A stretch of 64,000 nucleotides of DNA from Euryarchaeota archaeon UBA256 (GCA_002494645.1 DACE01000033.1:143024-207023); one strand, 5' to 3'; counted from the first letter of the stretch, positions 20,684 through 30,140 are shown. The notes: generated by a model from the letters alone, not told the origin. Program-made: numbers and translations.

Positions 20684-21895
20684 CTACGGTCTGTGTCGTT
20701 GGAGGAATCGTTCAATTCTGTCAAAGACCTCGCAAAGAACGTCCAAATTAGCAAGGTAAACCAATCGAACATGGCCTTTTCCAAGTTCGGGTGAAAATCC
20801 ACTCCCGTGTACCAAGAGGACATGTTCCTCGTGTAAGAGGTCCAGGACAAATTGTTTGTCATTTGCCATCCACTGTTCATCAGTCAACCGAATGAACATG
20901 TAAAATGCACCTCCTGGATGCTCAACATCAAGGCCTTCAATCGATGCAATTCGCTCAATACAGTAATCCCGTTGCTGCATGACTCTCGTTGAGTATTCGT
21001 CCATCCAAGAACGTTCACCCGTTAAACCTGCAAGATACCCAAGTTGAGCAGGGGTCGAGGCACACAGTCGTGAACGTAGAAGACGTTCCAGACCGTCTCG
21101 CACCAAGGACAAGCGCCCCAAAGGGTCGTGGAGTGCCATGTACCCTATTCTCCATCCGGGGGCGTAGTAAACCTTCGAGACACCGTTGAGAGCGACTACT
21201 GGGACAGTATCACTGCGACTTGCAACAGAAACATGTTGTCCTGTGAAGTCGAGACCGTCGTAAATTTCATCGGCTACGAGGATACAATTTGGATATCGTT
21301 GAGCAATGGCTAATAATTTGTCAACATCATCTGCACCGCATACCGTTCCGCATGGGTTATTGGGGTTGATGAGAACAAGCAGTCTCACTCGGTCATTCAT
21401 TTTGGATTCAATGTCATCAAAATCTAGATGCCAGCCTTCCGTGCTCTTCAGAGCATATTCCACCGTTTCCGCACCGTACATTTGCGGATATGCCATGTAG
21501 GGAGGATAGTGCGGCCCCGGGGCAAGAACTTGGGTGCCTTCTTCGAGTACAGCTGCAAAGAGAAGTTGCAATGCCTCAGTGACACCATGGCACACGTAAA
21601 CATCATCTGGGGTTGCAGGCCATCCCTTACGTTGTTCGTCTTCTGCAATCGCCTGACGCAGTTCCGGCAATCCATACGAAGGAGAATATCCGTTCCTGCC
21701 ATCCTTCAATGCTTGAGCGTAAGCATCGACCATATGAGTTGGAGTGGGAAGCCCAGGATATGCAAGAGGGTCGCCAATATTGAGTTTGAGAATTTCATGA
21801 CCCTGACGTTCAAGTTCAGTAGCAGGAACCACAACATCACGGATTGCATATTCAATACTCGATGCCCTTGAGGATACTGGTATCATGTTGCTCAT
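20684..21895 (-). CDS. Alanine aminotransferase-type class I PLP aminotransferase
   Basis: End-to-end similarity to archaeal AlaAT as I recall it (SIEYAIRDVVVPA, LNIGDP, INPNNPCG, PLP-Lys SKVYYAPGWRIGY, HGSGF). Confidence 0.85.
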   Translation of the reverse strand: MSNMIPVSSRASSIEYAIRDVVVPATELERQGHEILKLNIGDPLAYPGLPTPTHMVDAYAQALKDGRNGYSPSYGLPELRQAIAEDEQRKGWPATPDDVYVCHGVTEALQLLFAAVLEEGTQVLAPGPHYPPYMAYPQMYGAETVEYALKSTEGWHLDFDDIESKMNDRVRLLVLINPNNPCGTVCGADDVDKLLAIAQRYPNCILVADEIYDGLDFTGQHVSVASRSDTVPVVALNGVSKVYYAPGWRIGYMALHDPLGRLSLVRDGLERLLRSRLCASTPAQLGYLAGLTGERSWMDEYSTRVMQQRDYCIERIASIEGLDVEHPGGAFYMFIRLTDEQWMANDKQFVLDLLHEEHVLLVHGSGFSPELGKGHVRLVYLANLDVLCEVFDRIERFLQRHRP

Positions 21896-21909
21896 TATTG
21901 TCCACGTCC

Positions 21910-22383
21910 TTAAGTCAGGGAAGTTCGCTTTTCTCCAGCCATGTTGAGGACTTCATCAAAATGTTCCGCAGAAACGGGTTGAACTGAGAGACGTTGGCCA
22001 CGTTGTAAAAGAGGCATTCCCTCAAGAGAGGGGTTTTCCTTCATTTCGTGCAAAGAAACTGGTTCGAGTTCGAGTAACGGTTCAAGGTCGACCATGAACC
22101 ATCGAGGATTTTCTGGCGATGATTTTTCATCGAAATACTTGCTCTTGGTATCCCACGATGTGAAGTCTGGATAGCCTTCGTTCAAAATTCGAGCGACACC
22201 AGCAACATGCGGAGGTTTCGTATTTGAGTGATAAAAGAGGACCAGATCCCCTTTTTTCATGGCATCCCGCATCATATTCCTCGCTTGGTAATTGCGGACA
22301 CCATCCCAATGCGTTTGGCCGTCTTGAACGAGCTGAGTGAAGGGGTAGACATCAGGTTCTGACTTCATGAGCCAATGGTTCAT
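21910..22383 (-). CDS. EVE (PUA-like) domain protein
   Basis: MNHWLMKSEPDVY...WDGVRNYQARNMMRDAMKKGDLVLFYHS is the EVE-domain signature. The start is moved to the ATG at 22383, because the longer ORF would overlap the upstream MMPL gene. Confidence 0.75.
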   Translation of the reverse strand: MNHWLMKSEPDVYPFTQLVQDGQTHWDGVRNYQARNMMRDAMKKGDLVLFYHSNTKPPHVAGVARILNEGYPDFTSWDTKSKYFDEKSSPENPRWFMVDLEPLLELEPVSLHEMKENPSLEGMPLLQRGQRLSVQPVSAEHFDEVLNMAGEKRTSLT

Positions 22384-22420
22384 GATTCTCCGTAGTGGCG
22401 GGGGTCTATGGATTGCTCGC

Positions 22421-25400
22421 TTACCAAGCATCAACGACATTGTCCACCAGAGCAGCATCCATGACGTCCTCTGTGCTGTTGACATGGCGAACGAGACCGA
22501 GTTTTTTGGCCATTGAGTTTGAACCACTCACCGCTCCAATCCCCATCTTTTCTAAGGTAACAAAGATCGCTGGAAGCAGCACAAGAGCACTGGCCGCCGC
22601 TACCCACAAGAGAATAAGAATCACCGTGATAAAGGGCTGAATTTCAGGGATGGGGATGTTGTACGCAGTGAACATCCCCAAAGATGTGACGACTGCTGCT
22701 TCGAAGAGCGACATTCCAGTCCCCACTGCTGCACTTCGTATTGCGTCAATACCTCCACCGAGTTCGCGAATACGATTGGCGATGTGAATCGAAAAGTCAA
22801 CACCAACTCCGACAAGAATCGAACCGATCATGACCGTAACAAGCGAAAGTGGAACGTCCATTCTCCACATCACCAACCATTGAAGTGCGACCGTTGCAAT
22901 GACCGGAGATGTCGTCCATATCGAATAGCGAATGTCCCGGAAGACCACTGCCAAGGTAATGAGTGTGAGAATGATCGCAAAACCAAGAGAAGTCCATTGC
23001 GAGCCAACAATCAATTCATTCACCTCAATAGCCGTTGCAGCCACTCCAGTGAGGTCTTCGGCAGTTTCACCGTGTAGGCCTTGGAAAGTGGATGTTCGTT
23101 CATTGACTAAATCGACACTTTTCGACGTGTCTGCTACGGGTATGAAGGGCATATCAACATAGATGAGGGAACGACCATAATCTTCGCTGATGAAAATTTC
23201 ACGAGTCTCTTTGGTGAGTGATGCATAAAATACATCCAAGAGAAAGATCTCACTTTGTTGAGAGCCTGGTAGACCAAAATCTCCGGGACGAGTCAAGAGA
23301 TCCCAAAAGGAGCCGTCGATGGATTGGCTTTGATTCAGCAAAACCTCAGCCGTGGTCTTCACATCTTCACACTGCTCTGAGCCCGCACAAGGAACTTGTT
23401 GAATGAACTCATTGAATTGCTCACCCGACACAGTCACCTGAATACCGGATGATTTCATCAAAAACACAACTGAAACAGCCGTTGTATTCTCAATATTATT
23501 GAGAGAAGCTTCCAGCGTATTGATCTGTGTCAGCAGTTCAACAGGGTCATCATTCGTATTGTCGTTGTCATTGCTGTCCCCACTCACGTTGGCGTTGACA
23601 AGAACCATTCCAACTTGACCAGCCTCGAATTCTTGACTGTACTGTTTCATTTTCACGACCGATGATTCACCTTCGGGAGCCATACCGAGAAGGTCGATGT
23701 TTTCCTCAACGTTAGCCCGACCAACCGTAGCAGAAACAAGAATGAGAAACAGGAATACTCCAATGACGGCTTTGTTGTAACGCACGGGAACCTCAACAAG
23801 AACATCAAAGGCCTTGAGAGGCGGGTGCTTGGGCTTTTTGAGGTCCAGAATGAGTGTTAAATTTGGGACCATAAACATCGTGAGAATGTAAACGACGACA
23901 ATGCCTCCAGAGAGTGCGATACCAACGGTTTGAATGGGCGCCATTGGTGTGAAGACCAGCGATATGAATCCAATCACAGTGGTAACGGCCGAAAGAAAAA
24001 CTGCACGCCCAGTTGATGAGAGTGACGCTCGCATTTTCTCATCACGAGTTCCCTCCTCCTCAGCATAGCGATTGGTAATATGTAATCCATACGACACCCC
24101 CAACGCGAGTAAAATCGGGCCAACGATGATGACGGTCATCGTTACTTCATAATTCGTCGCCCCCAGTATGCCAAGCGTCCAAAAGACTGCACATAACGTC
24201 GGTAGGCCTGCGATCACCAACACCTTGAACCCTTGAAGGGGGCGCATACCTGTCAAGCCAGTTTGGAGTAAGTCAGAGTGGAATACAAATAAACCGATGG
24301 CCACCAAGAGAACAGCCATAGGAAAGATTTCCCAAAAGAGTCGGAATGAAAATTCTGTGACAGCATTGGTGATTGGGACTGGACCAGTGAGCACCATGGA
24401 TAAGCCAAGATCTTCCCAATCGCAAACTCGATTGTCCGCCGGCTGTCCATTTTCAGTAAATTCACACGGTCGCTCCATTTTTGAGATAACGTCCAACATT
24501 TCTTGGGTGTCTGCAATGATGTCCTTTGCGGGCCTTGACTCTGTAACTGCAATCGCCATGATGGCTCGGTCGAGCAGGCCATCTGGGCCTCCGTCTTCTC
24601 CACCTTCAATATCTCGTGCTAATTTGTCCAAACCAGACGATGGCGAACCGTCCTCCTCGTACATCTCACCGATGACGAGGTCGATTGTTGTTTGACTTGG
24701 AATTTCATATGAGCCGCCTAATTCCTCATCAGTAATTGCAAATGCGTCGTTCACCTCTTCTGCAAGGTTACGGGAAGCGCAATCATCGTTGGGGTTCGCG
24801 CACCCGAGTTCTCCAATCTCAGTAACGATGGCTTCACGGATTCGTGGGGCACTTGAATTCACTTCCTTGAGCACTGTAGAGAGGGACAAGATGTAAATGA
24901 CGTCGTCGGAGTCATCTGAAAGATAAGGGTTGAGGATGTTTTCAACGTAACTGATTTCCTGCAGAATACGTTGCTGAGTGATGTTCTGATTTGAAGATTC
25001 AATATAGACAACCATGACATTTGTTGACCAGTCTTCCTCTACTTTGCTGATGAGTTCAGCCACTTGGCTGCCATCGGGCAAATAGACTTCCATATCTCCG
25101 TTCACGTTCAGTGCAGGATTGTCGGGGTCATTGTCAAACTGAGTGTCATCGAGGAAGCCGGATTGTGTCACGAAATACACGGTAAGGAGTAAAAATACGA
25201 GAATTGTTGGAATCGGAAATTTGGTAATGGCGCCGGTTGCACCTGTCTTTTGCCACTCACGTTTCATTCGTTTTGGGGCATCGAGAACCGCATCAATTGC
25301 ACGCTTTGAGTCAAGTGTATTGATCTGCCCAGCGAGTTGCTCACGTACGTGGCGAGAGGACTTGGCAATGGCATCAATGCGCTTGTTTCCTACCGATTCA

Positions 25401-25444
25401 ACGGGTCCTGATTCTGATGATGAGGTTTCGTCTTGCGTTGACAC
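22421..25444 (-). CDS. RND-superfamily / MMPL-type exporter
   Basis: Two bundles of ~6 TM helices, each preceded by a large extracytoplasmic domain. SSD-like segments (GVSYGLHITNRY; GVGVDFSIHIANR). Confidence 0.8.
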   Translation of the reverse strand: MSTQDETSSSESGPVESVGNKRIDAIAKSSRHVREQLAGQINTLDSKRAIDAVLDAPKRMKREWQKTGATGAITKFPIPTILVFLLLTVYFVTQSGFLDDTQFDNDPDNPALNVNGDMEVYLPDGSQVAELISKVEEDWSTNVMVVYIESSNQNITQQRILQEISYVENILNPYLSDDSDDVIYILSLSTVLKEVNSSAPRIREAIVTEIGELGCANPNDDCASRNLAEEVNDAFAITDEELGGSYEIPSQTTIDLVIGEMYEEDGSPSSGLDKLARDIEGGEDGGPDGLLDRAIMAIAVTESRPAKDIIADTQEMLDVISKMERPCEFTENGQPADNRVCDWEDLGLSMVLTGPVPITNAVTEFSFRLFWEIFPMAVLLVAIGLFVFHSDLLQTGLTGMRPLQGFKVLVIAGLPTLCAVFWTLGILGATNYEVTMTVIIVGPILLALGVSYGLHITNRYAEEEGTRDEKMRASLSSTGRAVFLSAVTTVIGFISLVFTPMAPIQTVGIALSGGIVVVYILTMFMVPNLTLILDLKKPKHPPLKAFDVLVEVPVRYNKAVIGVFLFLILVSATVGRANVEENIDLLGMAPEGESSVVKMKQYSQEFEAGQVGMVLVNANVSGDSNDNDNTNDDPVELLTQINTLEASLNNIENTTAVSVVFLMKSSGIQVTVSGEQFNEFIQQVPCAGSEQCEDVKTTAEVLLNQSQSIDGSFWDLLTRPGDFGLPGSQQSEIFLLDVFYASLTKETREIFISEDYGRSLIYVDMPFIPVADTSKSVDLVNERTSTFQGLHGETAEDLTGVAATAIEVNELIVGSQWTSLGFAIILTLITLAVVFRDIRYSIWTTSPVIATVALQWLVMWRMDVPLSLVTVMIGSILVGVGVDFSIHIANRIRELGGGIDAIRSAAVGTGMSLFEAAVVTSLGMFTAYNIPIPEIQPFITVILILLWVAAASALVLLPAIFVTLEKMGIGAVSGSNSMAKKLGLVRHVNSTEDVMDAALVDNVVDAW

Positions 25445-25602
25445 TTCATCACCTCAACTCATGGGAGGCGGGCCTCATTCAAAGCCTTACCCACACGATG
25501 CATATTGTTCGGGTCTGATTTGACCGTTTCAAAGGCGAGGGGTTGAAATGGTAACCCACTTCCCGTCAACTGGACCCACCTCAATGACCGAGGCGGGGCC
25601 AG

Positions 25603-28104
25603 GTGAGGCACATGCCAGCCCCGAAATTACCAGAAAAACGATGGTCAATTGACCTTGAAAAATCCATACAGGAAGCGCATTATGAAAACGAGAGCGTTTA
25701 CGCTCAGCGCTATGGTTTTCAACCGAACTCAGGGAAAGAAATTTTTGTGATTGACACACCACCACCCTACCCATCTGGCACATGGCACATCGGAGCAGTA
25801 GCCCAATATTCTATGATTGACGTCATCGCTCGTAGTCAACGACTCTTAGGCAAGGAGGTGTACTTCCCTTGGGGAGTTGACCGTAACGGGATCAACATTG
25901 AATTCACCGTCGAACGAAACACTAAGCGGAAAATGAAAACATACGATCGTGAAGAGTTCCTCGAACTCTGCAAAACCACCATTGAAGAATTTACTCAAGC
26001 CATGCGATTGACTGCAAAGCGTGTTGGCCTTTCATGTGATTTTTCGCGTGAATACCTCACTGATGCACCAGATTACCGTAGTGTAACGCAATCAATCTTC
26101 ATTGAATTGTTCAAAAAAGGCGATATTATTGAGGACCTAAGGCCGAATATCTACGACCCCGTTGAGGGTACCACCATTGCCGATGCTGAAGTTGAACGGC
26201 TTCCAAGAAAGACACGTTTGGTCGATGTCAGATGGACCTGTGAGGACGGTACTGACCTCGTCATTTCGACCACTCGCCCAGAGTTAATCTGTGCGTGTGG
26301 AGTGATTGTCGTTCACCCTGATGATGACCGATACAGTCACCTTGTTGGTCAAAAAGTCGAACTTCCACTCCCCGTCACAGGCCGCTCAACGCATGTGGAT
26401 GTGATGACACATCCATCCGTAAAATCGGAGTTCGGTACGGGAATCCTCATGGTCTGTTCTTTCGGCGACCAGAATGACGTGGCAGTATTCCGTGAACTCG
26501 GACTCACTCCCTTCCAAGCCATCGACCTCGAAGGAAGGTTAACAGAACTATCGGGACCTCTTTCGGGACTTCGTGTAATGGATGCTCGCCAACGGGCGAT
26601 TGAATTGCTCGAAGAAGGCGGTCGTTTGGTTCATTCGGTTGAGCGCGACCAGGATGTCCCCGTATCGGAGCGTGGCAAAAATCCTGTGGAAATCATTCTC
26701 TTGAAGGAATGGTATGTTCGTCAGACTCACATCCAAGATCGAATGAAAGAGCACATTGATAAGATTCAATTTCATCCAATTCGTAACCGGCAATTTTTGC
26801 TTGACTGGATGGATAACATCAGCATTGACTGGCCTATTAGCCGACGCCGTTGGTACCACACTGAAATTCCGATTTGGTACAGTGAAGACAGTGAACGAGT
26901 TGTGATTCCCCCGCCTGGAATCTATGTTCAACCTTGGAAGGAATCCCCCCCTGCTGGTAGTCGTGTTTTGAGCAGAGAAACGCGTGAGGACATGGGTTCA
27001 TATGAGGAACTCAAGACTTCCCTTGGTCAATTGAAGGGTGAAGAGAAGGTCTTCGACACCTGGATGGATTCCTCAAACTCGAATCTTTTTGTGAGCGGCT
27101 ATCTTAATCACCCCGATGTCTTTGACAAAGCATTCCCTACAGCGTTGAGGCCACAGGGCAAAGAAATTGTTCGAACATGGCTCTATTACACGCTTCTCAA
27201 GTCAACGCTCCTCTTGGACCAACCTGGCTTCGACCATGTTTGGATCGACGGACTTGGAATGGACCCGTGGGGCCGTAAAATGAGCAAATCATTAGGCAAT
27301 GGAATTGATGCTGATTCCGTCCTTGAATGCGGCGCAGGTGGGCGCACAGGATCGTGGAGCGTCAAAGGCCCTGATGGAACCATCAAACTCCGAGCCAACA
27401 AGATTGGAAGCGAATGCTTCAGACTCTGGAAGGCATGCGATGCTCAAGTCGGAGATGATTTCCAAATCAATCCCGAAGAAATTGAAAAGAAATATTTTGG
27501 CGTATTGACGAAACTCTTCAATGTCGCAAGATTTGCATCCCAATTTGAAGTACCCCTCAACCTTGATGATCCACCAGCTGACCTCCTCATAGAAGACCGC
27601 TGGATTCTTGCAGAATTCCAAACGACGATGAATACTGTTGAACGAGCATGGGCATCGCTTGACATCTACACTGCTACCCAAGCCCTCAAGACATTTGGAA
27701 CAGGGTTATTGCCCAGCCACTATCTTGAAATGGTCAAATCTCGACTTTATGCAGACGATGAACAGGCAGCATGGACACTCCATCGAATCGTTCGCGATTA
27801 CATGGCAGCTTTGAGCCCTGTCTGCCCCTTCTTTACGCACCATATCAGCAGCACCGTATACGGAACATCTGCAGTTGACATTGATTCATTCCCATCCTAT
27901 GCACTGCCTGAACTTCATCCAGATGGTGAGGATGCGAAGGGCTTGTGCGGTCTATCTGGCTCGCTTCAAGAATTCAACAGCCAAACATGGGCAACCAAAA
28001 AAGAACGAGGAATTTCCCTCAATCAACCGATTACTGGTATCGAATTACCACAAGAACTCACGGCCTTCCAAAGCACGTTAACTCGAATGCATCAACTTGA
28101 GTAA
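25603..28104 (+). CDS. valS: Valine--tRNA ligase (class Ia aaRS, archaeal type)
   Basis: IDTPPPYPSGTWHIGA (HIGH region). CP1 editing-domain motifs TTRPELICACGVIVVHPDDDRY and GTGILMVCSFGDQNDV. KMSKSLGNG. The size fits ValRS rather than LeuRS or IleRS. GTG start at 25603, or ATG at 25612. Confidence 0.8.
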   Translation: MRHMPAPKLPEKRWSIDLEKSIQEAHYENESVYAQRYGFQPNSGKEIFVIDTPPPYPSGTWHIGAVAQYSMIDVIARSQRLLGKEVYFPWGVDRNGINIEFTVERNTKRKMKTYDREEFLELCKTTIEEFTQAMRLTAKRVGLSCDFSREYLTDAPDYRSVTQSIFIELFKKGDIIEDLRPNIYDPVEGTTIADAEVERLPRKTRLVDVRWTCEDGTDLVISTTRPELICACGVIVVHPDDDRYSHLVGQKVELPLPVTGRSTHVDVMTHPSVKSEFGTGILMVCSFGDQNDVAVFRELGLTPFQAIDLEGRLTELSGPLSGLRVMDARQRAIELLEEGGRLVHSVERDQDVPVSERGKNPVEIILLKEWYVRQTHIQDRMKEHIDKIQFHPIRNRQFLLDWMDNISIDWPISRRRWYHTEIPIWYSEDSERVVIPPPGIYVQPWKESPPAGSRVLSRETREDMGSYEELKTSLGQLKGEEKVFDTWMDSSNSNLFVSGYLNHPDVFDKAFPTALRPQGKEIVRTWLYYTLLKSTLLLDQPGFDHVWIDGLGMDPWGRKMSKSLGNGIDADSVLECGAGGRTGSWSVKGPDGTIKLRANKIGSECFRLWKACDAQVGDDFQINPEEIEKKYFGVLTKLFNVARFASQFEVPLNLDDPPADLLIEDRWILAEFQTTMNTVERAWASLDIYTATQALKTFGTGLLPSHYLEMVKSRLYADDEQAAWTLHRIVRDYMAALSPVCPFFTHHISSTVYGTSAVDIDSFPSYALPELHPDGEDAKGLCGLSGSLQEFNSQTWATKKERGISLNQPITGIELPQELTAFQSTLTRMHQLE

Positions 28105-28107
28105 TGG

Positions 28108-29241
28108 TCATTCATCCTCTGAAAACAACATGGTTTGACGTGATGGTGGCGCTTCGAGTTGTCCTAATCTGAAACCAATTAATCGAATCGTTCCCTCGGA
28201 ATCTACACTGTTTGCAAAAAGTGAACTCGCCAATCGCATGAAGACATCAGTTTCATCCATGGCTACAGGGATACTGCGCCCCGTCGTATGGGTTTCAAAC
28301 CCCGTGTAGCGTATTTTCACTTCACCCATTCGGCCTGATACACCCAGTTCCACAGCACGTTTCATCACCGCCTGGACCAATTGTTTGAGGTATTCAAGGA
28401 CTTTTTCATGGTCGTTTTGGTCAGATTCAAACGTGTGTTCCTTACCGATGGACTTGCGACTTCGCAAAGGGCTCACGGTGCTGCTACTTTCTCCCTCAAT
28501 CAAGGCCATGAACCAGTTTGCAAAGCGTTCCCCTGCCAGTCGGGACAAGGTGAGTTCCCCTAATTCATGCACTTCATCGGCAGTAGAATATCCCCACTCG
28601 ACCAATTGGGTTGCACGTTTAGGTCCAATACCTGGAATTTCACGCAGATTACGACCGGTAAAAAAATCCTGAACTTCATCTGGCATGACCCGATAAATAC
28701 CGTGCGGTTTTCTAATCTCGCTGCTCATCTTGGCTAAAATTCGAGTTGGGCCAATCCCGAAAGAGGCAGAGAGATTCAATCGTTCCATGATGCTGATTTG
28801 CAGTTCTCGAGCCAATGCGAGTGCAGCATCCCAATCGCCATCAACGCGTTCGGTTACATCGAGGTATGCTTCATCGATGCTTGCCTGTTCAAAGACATCA
28901 GCCTCCTCACGCAAGATGTCCATCACTTTACGGCTCGCCCTACTGTAGAGTCCACGCGTGCCGCGAATGTACAGGGCTGGTCCAAATGGAGCAGCCGGGC
29001 ACCGACGCCATGCTTCGGAAATAGGCATAGCAGAACGAATCCCATAAACTCGTGCAGCGTAATTACAAGTTGACACTATGCCTCGTCCCCTTCCTTGCTT
29101 TGGGTCTGAACCAATGACCAAGGGTACTTCATCGTCCAATCCGTGATGGAGTGTTTCAACGGCTGCAAAAAATGCATCAAGGTCACAATGCAAAATGATT
29201 CGTTCAATAGAATCATGACCTGTACCACTCAACGTGTTCAC
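28108..29241 (-). CDS. dinB: Y-family DNA polymerase IV (DinB/Dbh/Dpo4 type), catalytic residues intact
   Basis: ILHCDLDAFFAAVE, steric-gate region VSTCNYAAR, SIDEAYLDVT and a HhH segment IPGIGPKRA. Confidence 0.9.
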   Translation of the reverse strand: MNTLSGTGHDSIERIILHCDLDAFFAAVETLHHGLDDEVPLVIGSDPKQGRGRGIVSTCNYAARVYGIRSAMPISEAWRRCPAAPFGPALYIRGTRGLYSRASRKVMDILREEADVFEQASIDEAYLDVTERVDGDWDAALALARELQISIMERLNLSASFGIGPTRILAKMSSEIRKPHGIYRVMPDEVQDFFTGRNLREIPGIGPKRATQLVEWGYSTADEVHELGELTLSRLAGERFANWFMALIEGESSSTVSPLRSRKSIGKEHTFESDQNDHEKVLEYLKQLVQAVMKRAVELGVSGRMGEVKIRYTGFETHTTGRSIPVAMDETDVFMRLASSLFANSVDSEGTIRLIGFRLGQLEAPPSRQTMLFSEDE

Positions 29242-29266
29242 GGCCTTAGAATATAGCCACAGGTGT

Positions 29267-29293
29267 TTGAACTTGATGTAAGGTTCAGTTCAA
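29267..29293. promoter_or_regulatory. Inverted repeat TTGAACT-N13-AGTTCAA (with nested TGAAC-N10-GTTCA GTTCA) in the dinB / radB-like divergent spacer; candidate operator
   Basis: Read directly from the sequence. It is the only extended dyad in the 101-nt divergent spacer. No known binding protein is assigned. Confidence 0.25.
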
Positions 29294-29342
29294 GCAAGGG
29301 GTGTTAGAAAGATACGATGACTTCCGATGAAGTCTTCTGTTG

Positions 29343-30140
29343 ATGGAGATGTTAGATGATAGAGGACAAACGTTGCTTGCTGCACAGCGAGCCTTCTCCA
29401 TTGTGGAGCACACTGCGAGCATCAATCTCGCAGATATTCAGCCACAGGCTGGACAAATTTACCATGTCACAGGACCCGGCTTTGCGGGAGATCGTATGCG
29501 CCCCATCGTCGAACAATGGGTTATTCAAGCCATTGAACACGAACAAACTGTGCACTGGATCGATGGTGCTTGCAGAATTAATCCTGCCCGATTCATTCCC
29601 CTTCTTGAACAACATAAACTCCCAATCAACGAGTCCCTCAGCCGAATCTTTCTCAGCAGAGGTTTCACCCTTCACCAATTGGACAGTCAACTCGCCCGCT
29701 TGCCTTCCGAATTAGCGATTACCAAGTCACCTATCGTAGTAGTTGATGGATTGCTCACGATGCACGAAGACGATGCCATTGGAACATTGGAATCCCGAAT
29801 TTTGTTGAGACGGCACATTCATGTCCTCGAACAAATCGCCAAGCAGCGGCAAGTCGCCGTGATTCTCATCACTGGAACTTCATCAGCAAAACGTCACGGG
29901 CGTCGCCTGGATTACATACGCAGGCACGCACAAAATCATCTTGATGGACGAATCGTTCAAAGAAACAGAACTTCGGTTCTTCGCCTCCATCACCCGCGAA
30001 GTGGCCAGTTTGGAATACTCGCAATATCAGCAGAGAATGGACAAACTCGTTTTCGAATGCGTCCATCGGTACGCACCAGTGAAATGGACATCACTTCACC
30101 GCATCTTGGAATTCCGACTGACCAAATTCAAGGAGACTGA
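29343..30140 (+). CDS. RadB/RecA-superfamily paralog with degenerate Walker A (predicted ATPase-inactive)
   Basis: Block-by-block parallel to archaeal RadB. GQIYHVTGPGFAGDR matches the P-loop, but GK[ST] is replaced by GDR. TVHWIDGACRINPARF matches YVDTEGGFSPERL. SPIVVVDGL matches Walker B. LEQIAKQRQVAVILITG matches ARRKNVAVIVVNQ. First ATG at 29343. Confidence 0.6.
   Translation: MEMLDDRGQTLLAAQRAFSIVEHTASINLADIQPQAGQIYHVTGPGFAGDRMRPIVEQWVIQAIEHEQTVHWIDGACRINPARFIPLLEQHKLPINESLSRIFLSRGFTLHQLDSQLARLPSELAITKSPIVVVDGLLTMHEDDAIGTLESRILLRRHIHVLEQIAKQRQVAVILITGTSSAKRHGRRLDYIRRHAQNHLDGRIVQRNRTSVLRLHHPRSGQFGILAISAENGQTRFRMRPSVRTSEMDITSPHLGIPTDQIQGD

Noticed and set aside
22384-22527. 48-codon N-terminal extension of the EVE-domain ORF
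   Set aside because: The extension would overlap the 3' end of the MMPL gene by about 100 nt. The conserved EVE domain begins exactly at the internal MNHWLMKSEP methionine.
25529-25783. 84-aa minus-strand ORF across the MMPL/valS divergent spacer
   Set aside because: It overlaps the valS 5' end, has no motif, and is most simply explained as a chance ORF in a promoter region.
25603-28104. Alternative assignment of the class I aaRS as LeuRS or IleRS
   Set aside because: The size (833 aa), the TTRPE...HPDD..RY and GTG..(x)..FGD CP1 motifs, and the PPPYPSG N-terminus fit archaeal ValRS better than LeuRS (longer, different CP1 placement) or IleRS (about 1050 aa).
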